Shown: piece by piece, positions 37,899-52,326 of the stretch
Position numbering within the stretch: position 1 is the first letter of the stretch
How the letters are laid out: each line of letters begins with the position of its first letter
Assembly: GCA_964460245.1 (NCBI GenBank)
Contig: CAYWTL010000002.1
Span: forward strand, 1,220 to 65,219
Length of the DNA stretch: 64,000 bases
Origin: an uncultured Syntrophaceae bacterium
Lineage (GTDB): Bacteria; Desulfobacterota; Syntrophia; Syntrophales; Fen-1087
Direction of reading: 5' to 3'
Program-made: the position numbers and the translations under genes
The notes under the pieces: model-generated
Told to the model about the DNA's origin: nothing
What the model saw: only the letters and a program-made list of their open reading frames with translations
The model's database searches: none

Positions 37899-39983
37899 CT
37901 ATACCTCTTCCTTTTTGGCCTTGAAGTCCGCGATGATTTTTTCCGCGATAAAGGGAGGAACTTCCTCGTAGTGCGAGTGCGTGTGGGTGAACGTGCCGCG
38001 GCCGCTGGTCATGGAGCGCAAGTCAGGAGCATATTTGAGGATTTCTGCAAGCGGGGCCTGGCCTTTGATGATCTGGTTGGTGCCGCGGGTGTCCATTCCC
38101 AGCACGCGCCCCCTGCGGCTGTTCAAATCGCCGATGACATCCCCCATGTATTCGTCGGGAATTTCGATATCGATGTTGACGATGGGCTCGAGCAAGGTGG
38201 GCTGGCAGGCCAGAATGCCCTTCTTGAAGCCGAGCGAACCGGCGATCTTGAACGCCATTTCGGAAGAGTCGACGGTGTGGAAGGAACCGTCCACCAGGGT
38301 TACTTTCACATCCACGATCGGATAGCCCGCCAAGGCTCCTTCCCCCATGGCCTCGACGATTCCCTTTTCGACGGCCGGCCGGTACTGCTGGGGAATGACG
38401 CCGCCGACGATCTTGTCGACGAACTCAAACCCGCCGCCGCGGGGCAGGGGCTCGATATCGAGCCAGCAATCGCCGAACTGGCCCCGGCCGCCCGACTGTT
38501 TCTTGTAGCGGCCCTGGACATTGGTTTTGCTTTTGATGGTCTCCTTGTAAGGCACCTTGGGGATCTTGAGGTTGACCTCCACGCCGAATTTCCGTTTCAT
38601 TTTCTCCACGGCGACCTCGATGTGGATCTGTCCCATCCCGGAGAGAATCATTTCCTTGGTCTGTTCCTCCCTGCGGAAGTTCAGCGTGGGGTCCTCTTCC
38701 GTCAGGCGGTGGATCGAAGAGACGATCTTGTCCTCGTCGCCCCTCGATTTGGGCTCGATGGCGAAGGACATGATGGGGGGAGGGATTTCCAGCTTGTCGA
38801 ACAGGATAGGCGCCTTCTCGTTGCAGATCGTGTCTCCCGTCGCCGTATCCTTCAATTTTGCCAGGACGGCGATATCTCCGGGGATGAGGATTTCGGCGGG
38901 TTTCTGGTTTTTCCCCTCCAGGAAAAAGGCATTGCTGAAGCGCTCGGTCAGCTTTCGAGTGGCGTTGAAAATGCTTCCCTCGGAACTGAGCGTGCCCGAA
39001 TAGACGCGGAAGAGGGTGAGCCGGCCCGCATAGGGATCGGCAATCGTTTTGAATACCATGGCGGAAAAGGGCTCCGATGCCTCCGGATGCCGCTGCTCCT
39101 TCTCTTCTTTCCCCGGTTTCTTGCCGGTGACCGCGCCCCGGTCAACCGGCGAAGGGAGGTACTGGACGATCATGTCCATCAACGTTGAAATCCCGATGTT
39201 TTTCGTGGCCGAACCGCAGACGGCGGGAAACAGGGAGCCGGAGGCGATCCCCTTGCGCAGTCCCGCGGCCAACTCTTCCGGCATGAGTTCACCGCTTTCC
39301 AGGTATTTGTCCATCAATGCCTCGTCGCACTCGGCGATATCTTCGACCATGGTTTCGCGGCACTGTTCCGCTTCGCCTTCCATCTCTGAGGGAATCTCCG
39401 CGGACTTGAAGCTTCCCTTCGGGTCGTCGAAGAAATAAGCCTTCCTGGCCAGCAGGTCGACGATGCCCGTGAAGCCGTCTTCCTTACCGATGGGCAGGAA
39501 AAGAGGGGTTGCTTTCCGGCCGATTCTTTCCTTGACGCTGTCGACGGATTTCATGAAGTCGGCCCGCTCCCGGTCCATGCGGTTCACGAAGAGGATTCTC
39601 GGCAGTTTGAATTCATCGGCCAATTCCCAGACCTTCTGTGTCTGGAACTCGACGCCGCCGACCGCGTCGATGACAACGACGGCGCTGTCGATGATGCGAA
39701 GGCAGCTTTTGGTGTCGAAGGCGAAGTTGGAGTCGCCCGGCGTGTCCACGATGTTGATTTTGTGCTTGTTCCAGTCGAAGAAATTGGTTGCGGCGCTGAT
39801 GGAGATGCGTCGTTTCTGTTCTTCCGGCTCATAATCCATGCCGGAGCTCCCGTCATCCACCCGGCCCGGCCTGTCCGTTTTTCCGGCCGTGAAAAGGAAC
39901 GCTTCACAGAGCGATGTCTTGCCCGTTCCGCCGTGTCCGATGATGGCCACGTTTCTCAGCGAGGTTGATTCATATTTTGCCAT
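37899..39983 (-). CDS. Elongation factor G paralog (EF-G-like GTPase, type II)
   Basis: 694 aa with five-domain EF-G architecture. G1 IIGHGGTGKTS (canonical EF-G has AHIDAGKTT), G3 DTPG, G4 NRMD. Not linked to rpsL/rpsG/tuf. Confidence 0.85.
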   Translation of the reverse strand: MAKYESTSLRNVAIIGHGGTGKTSLCEAFLFTAGKTDRPGRVDDGSSGMDYEPEEQKRRISISAATNFFDWNKHKINIVDTPGDSNFAFDTKSCLRIIDSAVVVIDAVGGVEFQTQKVWELADEFKLPRILFVNRMDRERADFMKSVDSVKERIGRKATPLFLPIGKEDGFTGIVDLLARKAYFFDDPKGSFKSAEIPSEMEGEAEQCRETMVEDIAECDEALMDKYLESGELMPEELAAGLRKGIASGSLFPAVCGSATKNIGISTLMDMIVQYLPSPVDRGAVTGKKPGKEEKEQRHPEASEPFSAMVFKTIADPYAGRLTLFRVYSGTLSSEGSIFNATRKLTERFSNAFFLEGKNQKPAEILIPGDIAVLAKLKDTATGDTICNEKAPILFDKLEIPPPIMSFAIEPKSRGDEDKIVSSIHRLTEEDPTLNFRREEQTKEMILSGMGQIHIEVAVEKMKRKFGVEVNLKIPKVPYKETIKSKTNVQGRYKKQSGGRGQFGDCWLDIEPLPRGGGFEFVDKIVGGVIPQQYRPAVEKGIVEAMGEGALAGYPIVDVKVTLVDGSFHTVDSSEMAFKIAGSLGFKKGILACQPTLLEPIVNIDIEIPDEYMGDVIGDLNSRRGRVLGMDTRGTNQIIKGQAPLAEILKYAPDLRSMTSGRGTFTHTHSHYEEVPPFIAEKIIADFKAKKEEV

Positions 39984-40169
39984 GGCTGCTCCTTTCCGGG
40001 TACCAAACCGATGTTCGTCGTGGTCGTGCTGTTTAGCTTAACCCCTCCTTTGAAGTCAAGACAATTCTCGGAAAAACGGAGTGGAGCGGGTGCGCAAATG
40101 GGTTGTCCCGACCCCGGACTTCCGCCGATTTCGCCATGGGCGCGACGATCATTGAGTGCGATAATTGAG

Positions 40170-40198
40170 TTGACAGACTGGCTTGATGACAGTATAAA
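40170..40198 (+). promoter_or_regulatory. Candidate sigma70-type promoter for the biotin carboxylase operon
   Basis: TTGACA (40170-40175), 17-nt spacer, TATAAA (40193-40198). Gives a leader of about 100 nt before ATG 40308. Confidence 0.5.
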
Positions 40199-40307
40199 AC
40201 CTCCTTTATTCAAGGGGAATATTTGTGAGGGATGGTAAATGCCCTGATATATTAGCCATTTGGATCTTTTTGGGGCGGATGGACTGAAGATTCCGGAAGG
40301 GGTGGCC

Positions 40308-41762
40308 ATGGCAGTGCGGAAAATCAGGAAGGTGTTGATTGCAAACCGGGGTGAAATTGCCCTGAGGGTGATGAGAACCGTGCAGGAACTGGGCCTCGAC
40401 GCCGTCGTGGTCTATGAGAAACCCGACAGAAACGCCTATTACGTGCGGCTGGCGGATGATGCCGTCATGATCGGGGAAGGACCGCGGAAGGATTACCTGA
40501 ATATCGACAAGGTCATTTGGGCCGCCCGAAAGAGCGGCGCCGACGCCATCCATCCGGGCTATGGCTTTCTGGCGGAAAACGCCGATTTTTCAGAGGCATG
40601 CGAGAAGGAGGGCATTGTCTTCATCGGTCCGCCACCCGGGGTGATTCGCGATCTCGGCAACAAGGTCGTGGCCCGGAAGATCATGGAGCGTGCCGGCATT
40701 CCGTTCATTCCCGGCACGGGAGACCTGATGCGCGGGAGCGCCGGTCTCAATGAAGCTTTTGCCTTCGCAAACAGGCACGGATACCCGGTCATGCTGAAGG
40801 CCTCGTCGGGCGGCGGCGGGCGGGGGATCCGGAAAGTCGTCAGTGAAGCCGATCTGATCGTGCAGCTTCCCCAGGCGCGGGCGGAAGCGCTTTCGGCCTT
40901 CAACGATGAAAGCATATACATGGAGAAATTCATCGAAGCGCCTCGGCATGTGGAGATCCAGATCCTGGCGGATCGGCACGGCCGGATCATTCACCTGGGT
41001 TCCCGCGACTGCTCCATTCAGCGGAGACATCAGAAACTGCTGGAGATCGCACCGGCGGAGCTGCCGAAAGACGTGCTCGAATCCATGTATGATTGCGCGA
41101 TCCGGGCGTCCCGGGAGGCGGGTTACATCAGCGCCGGCACGGTCGAGTTCCTGGTCGATTCCAGAACCGACGAGTTCTGGTTCATGGAGATGAACACGAG
41201 GCTTCAGGTCGAGCACACCGTCACAGAGGAACTGACCGGTATTGATATCGTCCGGGAGCAGATCCGCATCGCTGAAGGCTGTCGGCTGGAAATCCCCAAG
41301 GAGCGGATCATCCTGCTGGGCAAGGCCGTGCAGGTCCGGATCAACGCCGAGGATCCCAAGAATAATTTCATGCCGGAAGGGGGCAAACGCGTCGATGTGT
41401 ATCAGTCATCCGGGGGACCCGGCGTCCGTCTGGACGGCGCCGTCTACCAGGGATTCAAAATCCCCACGGAATACGATTCCCTTCTGGTCAAGATGACCGT
41501 CCGGGGGTACAACTGGGAGCAGACGCTGCAGCGGTTGCGAAGAGCCCTGAACGGATTCCTCATCGTGGGACCGAAGACGACCATTCCGTTCTACCTCGCC
41601 ATCTGCGATGAACCCGATTTTCAGGCCGGGCGGTTCGATACCGGTTACATCGAATCCCATCCGGAGATTTTCAACTATCCCGAGCCGGAGCGGGAAGTGG
41701 CCAAGCTGGCGAAGCTGATCGCGGAGATTCATGCGAAAAAAGTCAATCCCTATGCCGCCTGA
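40308..41762 (+). CDS. Biotin carboxylase subunit (AccC/PycA-type, ATP-grasp)
   Basis: IRKVLIANRGEIALRVMRT..HPGYGFLAEN..MLKASSGGGGRGIR..EKFIE.PRHVEIQILAD..GTVEFL..FMEMNTRLQVEHTVTE. ATG 40308 lies within ORF 40260..41762. Confidence 0.92.
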   Translation: MAVRKIRKVLIANRGEIALRVMRTVQELGLDAVVVYEKPDRNAYYVRLADDAVMIGEGPRKDYLNIDKVIWAARKSGADAIHPGYGFLAENADFSEACEKEGIVFIGPPPGVIRDLGNKVVARKIMERAGIPFIPGTGDLMRGSAGLNEAFAFANRHGYPVMLKASSGGGGRGIRKVVSEADLIVQLPQARAEALSAFNDESIYMEKFIEAPRHVEIQILADRHGRIIHLGSRDCSIQRRHQKLLEIAPAELPKDVLESMYDCAIRASREAGYISAGTVEFLVDSRTDEFWFMEMNTRLQVEHTVTEELTGIDIVREQIRIAEGCRLEIPKERIILLGKAVQVRINAEDPKNNFMPEGGKRVDVYQSSGGPGVRLDGAVYQGFKIPTEYDSLLVKMTVRGYNWEQTLQRLRRALNGFLIVGPKTTIPFYLAICDEPDFQAGRFDTGYIESHPEIFNYPEPEREVAKLAKLIAEIHAKKVNPYAA

Positions 41763-41846
41763 GTCCGGTCGCAGAAGGCTGCGGAACACCCCGGCGAAGA
41801 TCGCGATCGTGAAGAGACAAAAGATGGAAAGCAGGGCAGATCATTT

Positions 41847-43790
41847 ATGGGCACGAGCATTCAGATGACCGATGAAAGAGTTACACCCGGGGATTTTCGG
41901 GCTGAGGGCGCTTCCGCGGTGCTGGAAAAGATCCGGAAGCAGAAGGGGTATTACATCACGAATACGGAACGGGATCTTTCCCAGTCCGATTTTAAGAACC
42001 GGATCATGCCCCACACCCAGCTCCTCGCCGCCAAGCCCCGCAACGAGGCGGGCTTTTTCTCGATTGAGATCACCGGGGGGGCTTCGGTCCATGTGGACAT
42101 GCTGCGGAAACAGATCAACCCCCTGGAGAAGCTGGAAGTGCTGAGCCAGAGCATGCCGGACACGCTGTTTCAGACGCTCTGCCGCGGCATCAATCTGTTC
42201 GGGTACCGGCCGTACCCGGATAACGTGATCCGGCTGACGGTTCAGAGTTTCGCGCGCTATGTTCACGTCTGGCGGGTTTTCGACTTTCTGAACCACATTC
42301 CGAACATGGTTCCCGTCTTCGAGGAGGTCCGGAAAGCGGGGCGTATCCTGGCGCCGTCGATCTGCTTTTCCACGGGACCAGAGCATACCGATGAATTCTA
42401 CGTCGGGAAGGTTCGGCAGATCATCGAAGTGACGGGCGACGACATCATCCTCTGCATCAAGAACCACGGAGGCCTGGGAACGCCCAAGCGGATCGGAGAA
42501 CTCGTGGAGGCGATCCTGCAGCGATACCCCGGCCTGATCATTCACTACCACGGACACAACACCGACGGCAACGATGTCGGGCGGATCGTCGCGGCCGTCC
42601 GGAAGGGAGCAAAAATCGCCGACGCCAGCGACCACGCCTTCACCGGCTTTTACGGGCCGCCGCCGATTTTGACGGTCCTGGATACGCTGAGCGACTACGG
42701 ATACCATGCGGCGGGCATCGACCGCCAGGCGGTCATCGAAACGTCGAACGTGCTGCGACCGGAAAGGGAGCACTACCGGGATTTCGAATCGCAGTTTCTC
42801 GGCTTCGATCCCACCGCCCAGATTCACAAACTGCCGGGAGGCGCCACGGGTTCCAGTTTTGAGCAGGCCGTCAAGGGGGGATTCCTCCACCGGATGCCCG
42901 AGATCCTGCAGAAGGAGCTGCCCCGGGTGCAGCTCGACCTGGGAAACTGGTGGAGCGTCACGCCGGGGTCGCAGATCCTCTGGACAACGGCGGTCAACAA
43001 CGTACTGAAGGGCGAGCGCTACAAGGACGTCAGCGACGACCTGAAAAATCTGATGCTCGGCCGTTACGGAGACTTTCCCTTCTATCGGCCGTCCGATGAG
43101 ATCTACGAGGCGGTTTTCGGTTCCGACTGGAAGCAGATCGTGGAGTGCGACACCTGCTATCAGAAGATCGAGGACGTCGATCTCGATGTGGAAAGGAAGG
43201 TGCTCGAACACCGCCTGGGCAGGGCCGCGACGGAGGATGAACTGGTCCTGTATCTTCAGCATCCGAACGACGCGGTGGATTTCTTCAAGTTTGAAGCCAA
43301 GTACGGCAAGACGTGGGTGCTCCCCCCCAGCATCTGGTTCCGCAAGGGCGGGTTCGCGCTCGGTGAAAAATTCGAGGTACCCGACGTGTCCGGCAGGCTT
43401 CACGTGATCGAGATCGGGCCTCAGCGCAAGACGAAATCCGGCGACGCGACAACCTATCTCATCATTGACCACCATCCGGAGCCCATTCTGACGGAGCTGG
43501 CCGAGGAGGGGGAGCAGGTCAAGCGGAAAGCGACGCTCTCTCCCAAGGAAATAGAGGCGGCTGCCAAGGCCGGTGACGTGCGGTCCCAGATCATCGGCAC
43601 CGTCAGCGAGGTCTGCGTATCGGAGGGGGACGAGGTTTCGACGGGCCAGATCCTTCTTGTCCTGGAGGCGATGAAGATGCTGAACAATGTGATCTCCGAG
43701 GTGAACGGCAAGGTCACCGAGGTGTTCGCGTCGGCCGGCGAAAAAGTCGCCGTGGGCGACCCTCTGGTCGCCATTCAGAAAGCGCCGTAG
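41847..43790 (+). CDS. Carboxyltransferase (5S/PycB/OadA-like) plus biotin carboxyl carrier subunit, divergent
   Basis: DRE-TIM-like CT domain with variant motifs [32 protein letters not shown]-terminal biotinyl domain VLEAMKMLN. 647 aa. Confidence 0.8.
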   Translation: MGTSIQMTDERVTPGDFRAEGASAVLEKIRKQKGYYITNTERDLSQSDFKNRIMPHTQLLAAKPRNEAGFFSIEITGGASVHVDMLRKQINPLEKLEVLSQSMPDTLFQTLCRGINLFGYRPYPDNVIRLTVQSFARYVHVWRVFDFLNHIPNMVPVFEEVRKAGRILAPSICFSTGPEHTDEFYVGKVRQIIEVTGDDIILCIKNHGGLGTPKRIGELVEAILQRYPGLIIHYHGHNTDGNDVGRIVAAVRKGAKIADASDHAFTGFYGPPPILTVLDTLSDYGYHAAGIDRQAVIETSNVLRPEREHYRDFESQFLGFDPTAQIHKLPGGATGSSFEQAVKGGFLHRMPEILQKELPRVQLDLGNWWSVTPGSQILWTTAVNNVLKGERYKDVSDDLKNLMLGRYGDFPFYRPSDEIYEAVFGSDWKQIVECDTCYQKIEDVDLDVERKVLEHRLGRAATEDELVLYLQHPNDAVDFFKFEAKYGKTWVLPPSIWFRKGGFALGEKFEVPDVSGRLHVIEIGPQRKTKSGDATTYLIIDHHPEPILTELAEEGEQVKRKATLSPKEIEAAAKAGDVRSQIIGTVSEVCVSEGDEVSTGQILLVLEAMKMLNNVISEVNGKVTEVFASAGEKVAVGDPLVAIQKAP

Positions 43791-43874
43791 AAAAACTCCG
43801 CCGGGGAAAGTCCGGGAGCCGCCTTCCCTGGGTCAGGCAGCGGCTTCCGGCCGAGCAGCACATGTGCTTTCAGT

Positions 43875-43900
43875 GGCCGGTCCGGTTGCCGGCTTTTTTT
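43875..43900 (+). terminator. Short hairpin plus U-tract between the carboxylase operon and secA (terminator or attenuator)
   Basis: GGCCGG (43875-43880) pairs with CCGGCT (43889-43894). T7 run at 43894-43900. The secA RBS AAGGTG (43902-43907) and ATG 43913 follow directly. Confidence 0.4.
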
Positions 43901-43912
43901 CAAGGTGTTTTT

Positions 43913-46432
<2,520 letters not shown>

Positions 46433-46446
46433 AGCGGGAGGAAATC

Positions 46447-47649
46447 ATGACGGACGGTCGGGGGGAAATTTATGCCGTGCCCGGTTTTCTGGCAAACGGC
46501 ACCCATGCCGGGATCAAGGGGAAGGGACAGAAGGACCTTTCCCTGATTTATTCCAGCGAGCCGGCCGTGGCGGCGGCGGTTTTCACGACCAACGCCTTCA
46601 AGGCGGCCCCGGTCCTGCTCGACATGGAACGGATCCGGTCGGGGCGTGCGCAGGCCATCCTGACCAACAGCGGCAACGCCAATGCGGCGACCGGCGCGGA
46701 AGGGTACCGGGACGCCCGCGCCATGTCGGGCTTCCTCTCGAAGCGGCTCGGCATCCTCGACGATCTGGTGCTGGTCGCCTCGACCGGCGTCATCGGCCAC
46801 CGCCTGCCCGTCCGGAAGATCGGTGCGGCCATGGGACGGCTGATCCGGGATTTGCGGCCGGACGGTATCGCCGCAGCCGAGGAGGCCATCATGACGACGG
46901 ACCGCTTTCCAAAGATCGCCATGCGGAAGGGCCGGATCGGCGACTGTCCGGTCACCCTCTGCGGCGTGGCCAAGGGCGCCGGCATGATCGAGCCTCACAT
47001 GGCGACGATGCTTTCCTACGTCATGACCGATGCCGCCATCGAGGTGTCGGCGCTGAATGCCGTTTTCAGGCAGGCCGTCGGTGAAAGCTTCAATGCCATC
47101 AGCGTGGACGGCTGCATGAGCACCAACGACACGGCGATCATTCTGGCCAACGGGCGGGCCGGCAATCCGCTGATCCGAAGACGTTCCAAATCCCTGGCGG
47201 TTTTCCGCGAGCTGCTTTTCGGCGTCCTGGGCGAACTCTCCCGAAGCATGGTCCGGGACGGTGAGGGGGCGACCAAACTCATCCGGATCACGGTTGAGGA
47301 GGCCCGGACCTTCGGCGACGCGAAGAAAATCGCCTATGCCGTCGCCAATTCCAATCTGTTCAAGACGGCCTGCTTCGGTCAGGATCCCAACTGGGGAAGG
47401 ATCATCGCCGCAGCCGGCGCCGCGGGCGTTCCCCTGCGGGACGATGCCGTAGCCGTGTATTTTGAGGACATTCCGGTTTTCAGAGGCGGGCGGGGTTTAT
47501 CCGAAGGCCGGAGAGAACTCTCAAAGGTCATGGAAAACGCCGATCTTCGCATTACCGTCCGGCTTGGCGCCGGATCGAAATCCTTCTGCGTTCACACCTG
47601 TGACCTGACCCACGAATACGTCCGGATCAACGCGCACTACCATACCTGA
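46447..47649 (+). CDS. argJ: Bifunctional glutamate N-acetyltransferase / amino-acid acetyltransferase ArgJ
   Basis: GFLANGTHAGIK..NSGNANAATG..; autoprocessing site GMIEPHMATMLSYVMTDA; C-terminal EYVRINAHYHT. ATG 46447 follows GGGAGG. The track start at 46417 overlaps the secA end. Confidence 0.93.
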   Translation: MTDGRGEIYAVPGFLANGTHAGIKGKGQKDLSLIYSSEPAVAAAVFTTNAFKAAPVLLDMERIRSGRAQAILTNSGNANAATGAEGYRDARAMSGFLSKRLGILDDLVLVASTGVIGHRLPVRKIGAAMGRLIRDLRPDGIAAAEEAIMTTDRFPKIAMRKGRIGDCPVTLCGVAKGAGMIEPHMATMLSYVMTDAAIEVSALNAVFRQAVGESFNAISVDGCMSTNDTAIILANGRAGNPLIRRRSKSLAVFRELLFGVLGELSRSMVRDGEGATKLIRITVEEARTFGDAKKIAYAVANSNLFKTACFGQDPNWGRIIAAAGAAGVPLRDDAVAVYFEDIPVFRGGRGLSEGRRELSKVMENADLRITVRLGAGSKSFCVHTCDLTHEYVRINAHYHT

Positions 47650-47845
47650 CCGGCCGGCTTTTCGTGGGCGGCGCGGCCTGTTTGCGACCGCAGCCGTCTT
47701 TTCTCTTGATTCTTCGCGGTCTTTGTGCTATTTCCTCACGAATTTCACACATTCCCGGATCGGCCGGCGTGTGCATTTTTCAGGAAATGTAACCGGTTGA
47801 GGCGATGGGGATGGCGGAAAAAACACAGAATAAGGAGTTTGACAC

Positions 47846-48664
47846 ATGGCAAGCATTTCGATGAAGGCGTTACTCGAGGCGGGGGTCCATTTCGGTCATC
47901 AGACCAACAAATGGAATCCGAAGATGAAGCCCTTTATTTTCGGGGCGCGGAACGGGATCTACATCATCGATCTCCAGCAGACGGTGGTTCTCTTTCAGAC
48001 CGCCTACAATTTCGTGGTCGAAACGGTGGCGGCCGGCAGGGAGATCCTGTTCGTGGGAACCAAGAAGCAGTCGCAGGAATCGATCCGGGAGGAGGCGGAA
48101 AGATGCGGAATGCCCTATGTAAACCAGCGCTGGCTCGGCGGAATGCTTACGAATTTCAGCACGATTAAAAAAAGCATCGACCGCCTCAACAGCCTGGACA
48201 AGATGTTTGCCGATGACAGCATTCGGGCCTTCCCGAAAAAGGAAGTTCTGAGGCTCCAGAAGGAAAAAGACAAACTGGAAAAGGTCCTGGGCGGCATCCG
48301 GGCAATCAAGGGGCGTCCGGCCGGGATTTTCATCGTCGATCCGAAACGGGAACAGATTACCGTCCATGAAGCCAGGAAACTGAAGATTCCCATTGTTGCC
48401 ATGGTCGATACCAACTGCAATCCGGACGATATCGATTATATCATTCCCGGCAATGACGACGCCATTCGGGCAATCAAGCTGTTCGCGTCGAAGATGGCGG
48501 ACGCCGTGCTGGAAGGGAAGAAACGCTTTGAAGAGCGGCTGCAGGCCGAAACGAACAAGGATCTCGCCCCCGAGGGCGCAGAAAGGGAAGAGGACGCCGA
48601 GGCCGATGTCCCCGAAAGCGTGGAAACCAAAAGCAGCGGTCCCGGATATGAAGACGTAGCCTGA
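47846..48664 (+). CDS. rpsB: 30S ribosomal protein S2
   Basis: [70 protein letters not shown]. Confidence 0.97.
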   Translation: MASISMKALLEAGVHFGHQTNKWNPKMKPFIFGARNGIYIIDLQQTVVLFQTAYNFVVETVAAGREILFVGTKKQSQESIREEAERCGMPYVNQRWLGGMLTNFSTIKKSIDRLNSLDKMFADDSIRAFPKKEVLRLQKEKDKLEKVLGGIRAIKGRPAGIFIVDPKREQITVHEARKLKIPIVAMVDTNCNPDDIDYIIPGNDDAIRAIKLFASKMADAVLEGKKRFEERLQAETNKDLAPEGAEREEDAEADVPESVETKSSGPGYEDVA

Positions 48665-48724
48665 TCCCGGCGGACGCCGGATCGGGGAGAACGAGGAGAA
48701 CAAGGACAGAGGAGGTAGTCTGAA

Positions 48725-50612
<1,888 letters not shown>

Positions 50613-50640
50613 GGAAAACGGGAGCGGATCGGCCGGTTCG

Positions 50641-50668
50641 GGGGAGCCTTCAGGCTCCCCGTTTTTTT
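50641..50668 (+). terminator. Rho-independent terminator after frr
   Basis: GGGGAGCC (50641-50648), loop TTCA, GGCTCCCC (50653-50660), followed by GTTTTTTT (50661-50668). Confidence 0.75.
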
Positions 50669-50776
50669 ATACTCTGCCGTCCGTTCGCTCTTTCCTTGTC
50701 AGGGCGAAAACGTTGTGGTAGGCAAATAAGTTACGAACCGGGGGATATTTCCAAAGCGGAGAGATGCGGCAGCACG

Positions 50777-51523
50777 ATGACGGAGATCGATCTTCAGAAC
50801 CTGCCCCGCCACATTGCCATCATCATGGATGGAAACGGCCGGTGGGCAAAACGGCATGCGATGAGAAGAATTGCCGGGCACAAGAAAGGAGCGGACGCGG
50901 TCCGCGACACGGTAAGGGCCTGCCGGGAGATCGGGGTCCGGGTCTTGACGCTCTATGCCTTCTCGACGGAAAACTGGCTCCGGCCGGCCGGTGAGGTAGG
51001 AGCGCTCATGCGCCTGCTGGAGGAGTACCTCCACGCGGAGGCCCAGGAAATGATGGACAACGGCATTCGGCTGACGGCAATCGGGGACATGGGAGCCCTC
51101 AAGGCGCCCATTCGAGCCGTGCTTCGGGAAACCATTGGCCGAACATCTCAAAACCGGGAGATGACGCTCAACCTGGCACTGAGTTACGGGGGGCGCGACG
51201 AGATCGTCGGCGCCGTCAAGGGCATTGTCGAGAACTTCCGGAAAGGCATCCTGACGGCGCCGGAGATCACGCCGGAATTGTTTTCACGCTATCTCTCTAC
51301 GGCCGGTCTGCCCGACCCGGACCTGCTGATCCGAACCAGCGGGGAGTACCGGATCAGCAATTTTCTGCTCTGGCAGTGCGCCTACACGGAGTTCTACTTT
51401 ACCGATGTCCTGTGGCCGGACTTCAATCGCAACGAGCTGTTCCGGGCGATTGTCGAGTACCAGCGGCGCGAACGGCGCTTCGGTCTCACGGGCGATCAGG
51501 TCCGGGAGGGGCGATCCGAATGA
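50777..51523 (+). CDS. uppS: Undecaprenyl-diphosphate synthase (cis-prenyltransferase)
   Basis: PRHIAIIMDGNGRWAKRH..GHKKG..LTLYAFSTENW.RP..EV..LM; C-terminal RTSGEYRISNFLLWQ.AY.EFYF. ATG 50777 lies within composite ORF 50261..51523. Confidence 0.94.
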   Translation: MTEIDLQNLPRHIAIIMDGNGRWAKRHAMRRIAGHKKGADAVRDTVRACREIGVRVLTLYAFSTENWLRPAGEVGALMRLLEEYLHAEAQEMMDNGIRLTAIGDMGALKAPIRAVLRETIGRTSQNREMTLNLALSYGGRDEIVGAVKGIVENFRKGILTAPEITPELFSRYLSTAGLPDPDLLIRTSGEYRISNFLLWQCAYTEFYFTDVLWPDFNRNELFRAIVEYQRRERRFGLTGDQVREGRSE

Positions 51524-52326
51524 CCTCGCACCTGAAACGCTGGTTGACCGCCGTCATTGCCGTGCCGCTGCTTCTGGCCGTGATCTTCTACGGGTCCGAT
51601 TCCGTGTTTTCGGGCGTGATCCTGGCCGTCATTCTCGTCGGCGTCTGCGAATACCACCAGATCGTCTTCGGCAAGGGCCACGCGTGGGAAAAGACGATCG
51701 CCCTGCTGATGGGGTTCCTGATCCCGCTGGCCGTTTATCTCGGCGACATGCGATTGCTGATGGCGCTGCTGAGCTTTGGCGTTCTGGTCGTATTTTTTAC
51801 CTTTCTGCTTCGGATCCGGGAGGAGAAATTCGACATCCTGCCCGTCGGGAAACTGATTCTGGGGTTCATGTACGTTCCGCTGATGATGTCCTATTTCATC
51901 CTCATTCGCCGCTTCGAGCACGGGAATCTCTGGATCCTCTTTCTTCTGGTACTGGCCTTTTCCGGCGACGTGGCGGCCTATTACGTGGGCCGGAACTTCG
52001 GCAGGCGAAAGTTGCTTCCGCTGGTTAGTCCGAACAAGACCGTGGAAGGGACCGTCGGCCTCTTCGCCGGGAGCGTTGCCGGGTGCGTCATCTTCCAGCA
52101 GTTCTTCTTCCCCGCTCTGCCCGTTGTTCATGCCGCCGCTCTGGGCCTGTTCGGAAGCGTCATCGGGCAGCTCGGAGATCTGTGCGAATCTGCAATGAAA
52201 CGGGCTTCCGGAGTCAAGGATTCCGGGACGATCCTGCCCGGCCATGGCGGTATTCTGGACCGGCTCGACTGCCTGATCTTTATCGCTCCCTTCCTCTATT
52301 ACTACCGCGTATTCGTCATTCCATGA
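51520..52326 (+). CDS. cdsA: Phosphatidate cytidylyltransferase (CDP-diglyceride synthase)
   Basis: Multi-TM protein with the CdsA signature SAMKRASGVKDSGTILPGHGGILDRLD. ATGA overlap with uppS. The track start at 51376 is an extension. Confidence 0.92.
   Translation: MTSHLKRWLTAVIAVPLLLAVIFYGSDSVFSGVILAVILVGVCEYHQIVFGKGHAWEKTIALLMGFLIPLAVYLGDMRLLMALLSFGVLVVFFTFLLRIREEKFDILPVGKLILGFMYVPLMMSYFILIRRFEHGNLWILFLLVLAFSGDVAAYYVGRNFGRRKLLPLVSPNKTVEGTVGLFAGSVAGCVIFQQFFFPALPVVHAAALGLFGSVIGQLGDLCESAMKRASGVKDSGTILPGHGGILDRLDCLIFIAPFLYYYRVFVIP

Noticed and set aside
37575-39188. 537-aa ORF antisense to the EF-G paralog
   Set aside because: The opposite strand encodes complete GTPase motifs (GKTS, DTPG, NRMD). 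The antisense translation is featureless.
41841-43475. 544-aa ORF antisense to the carboxyltransferase gene
   Set aside because: Same reasoning: the plus strand has CT and biotinyl (EAMKM) motifs, and the antisense has none.
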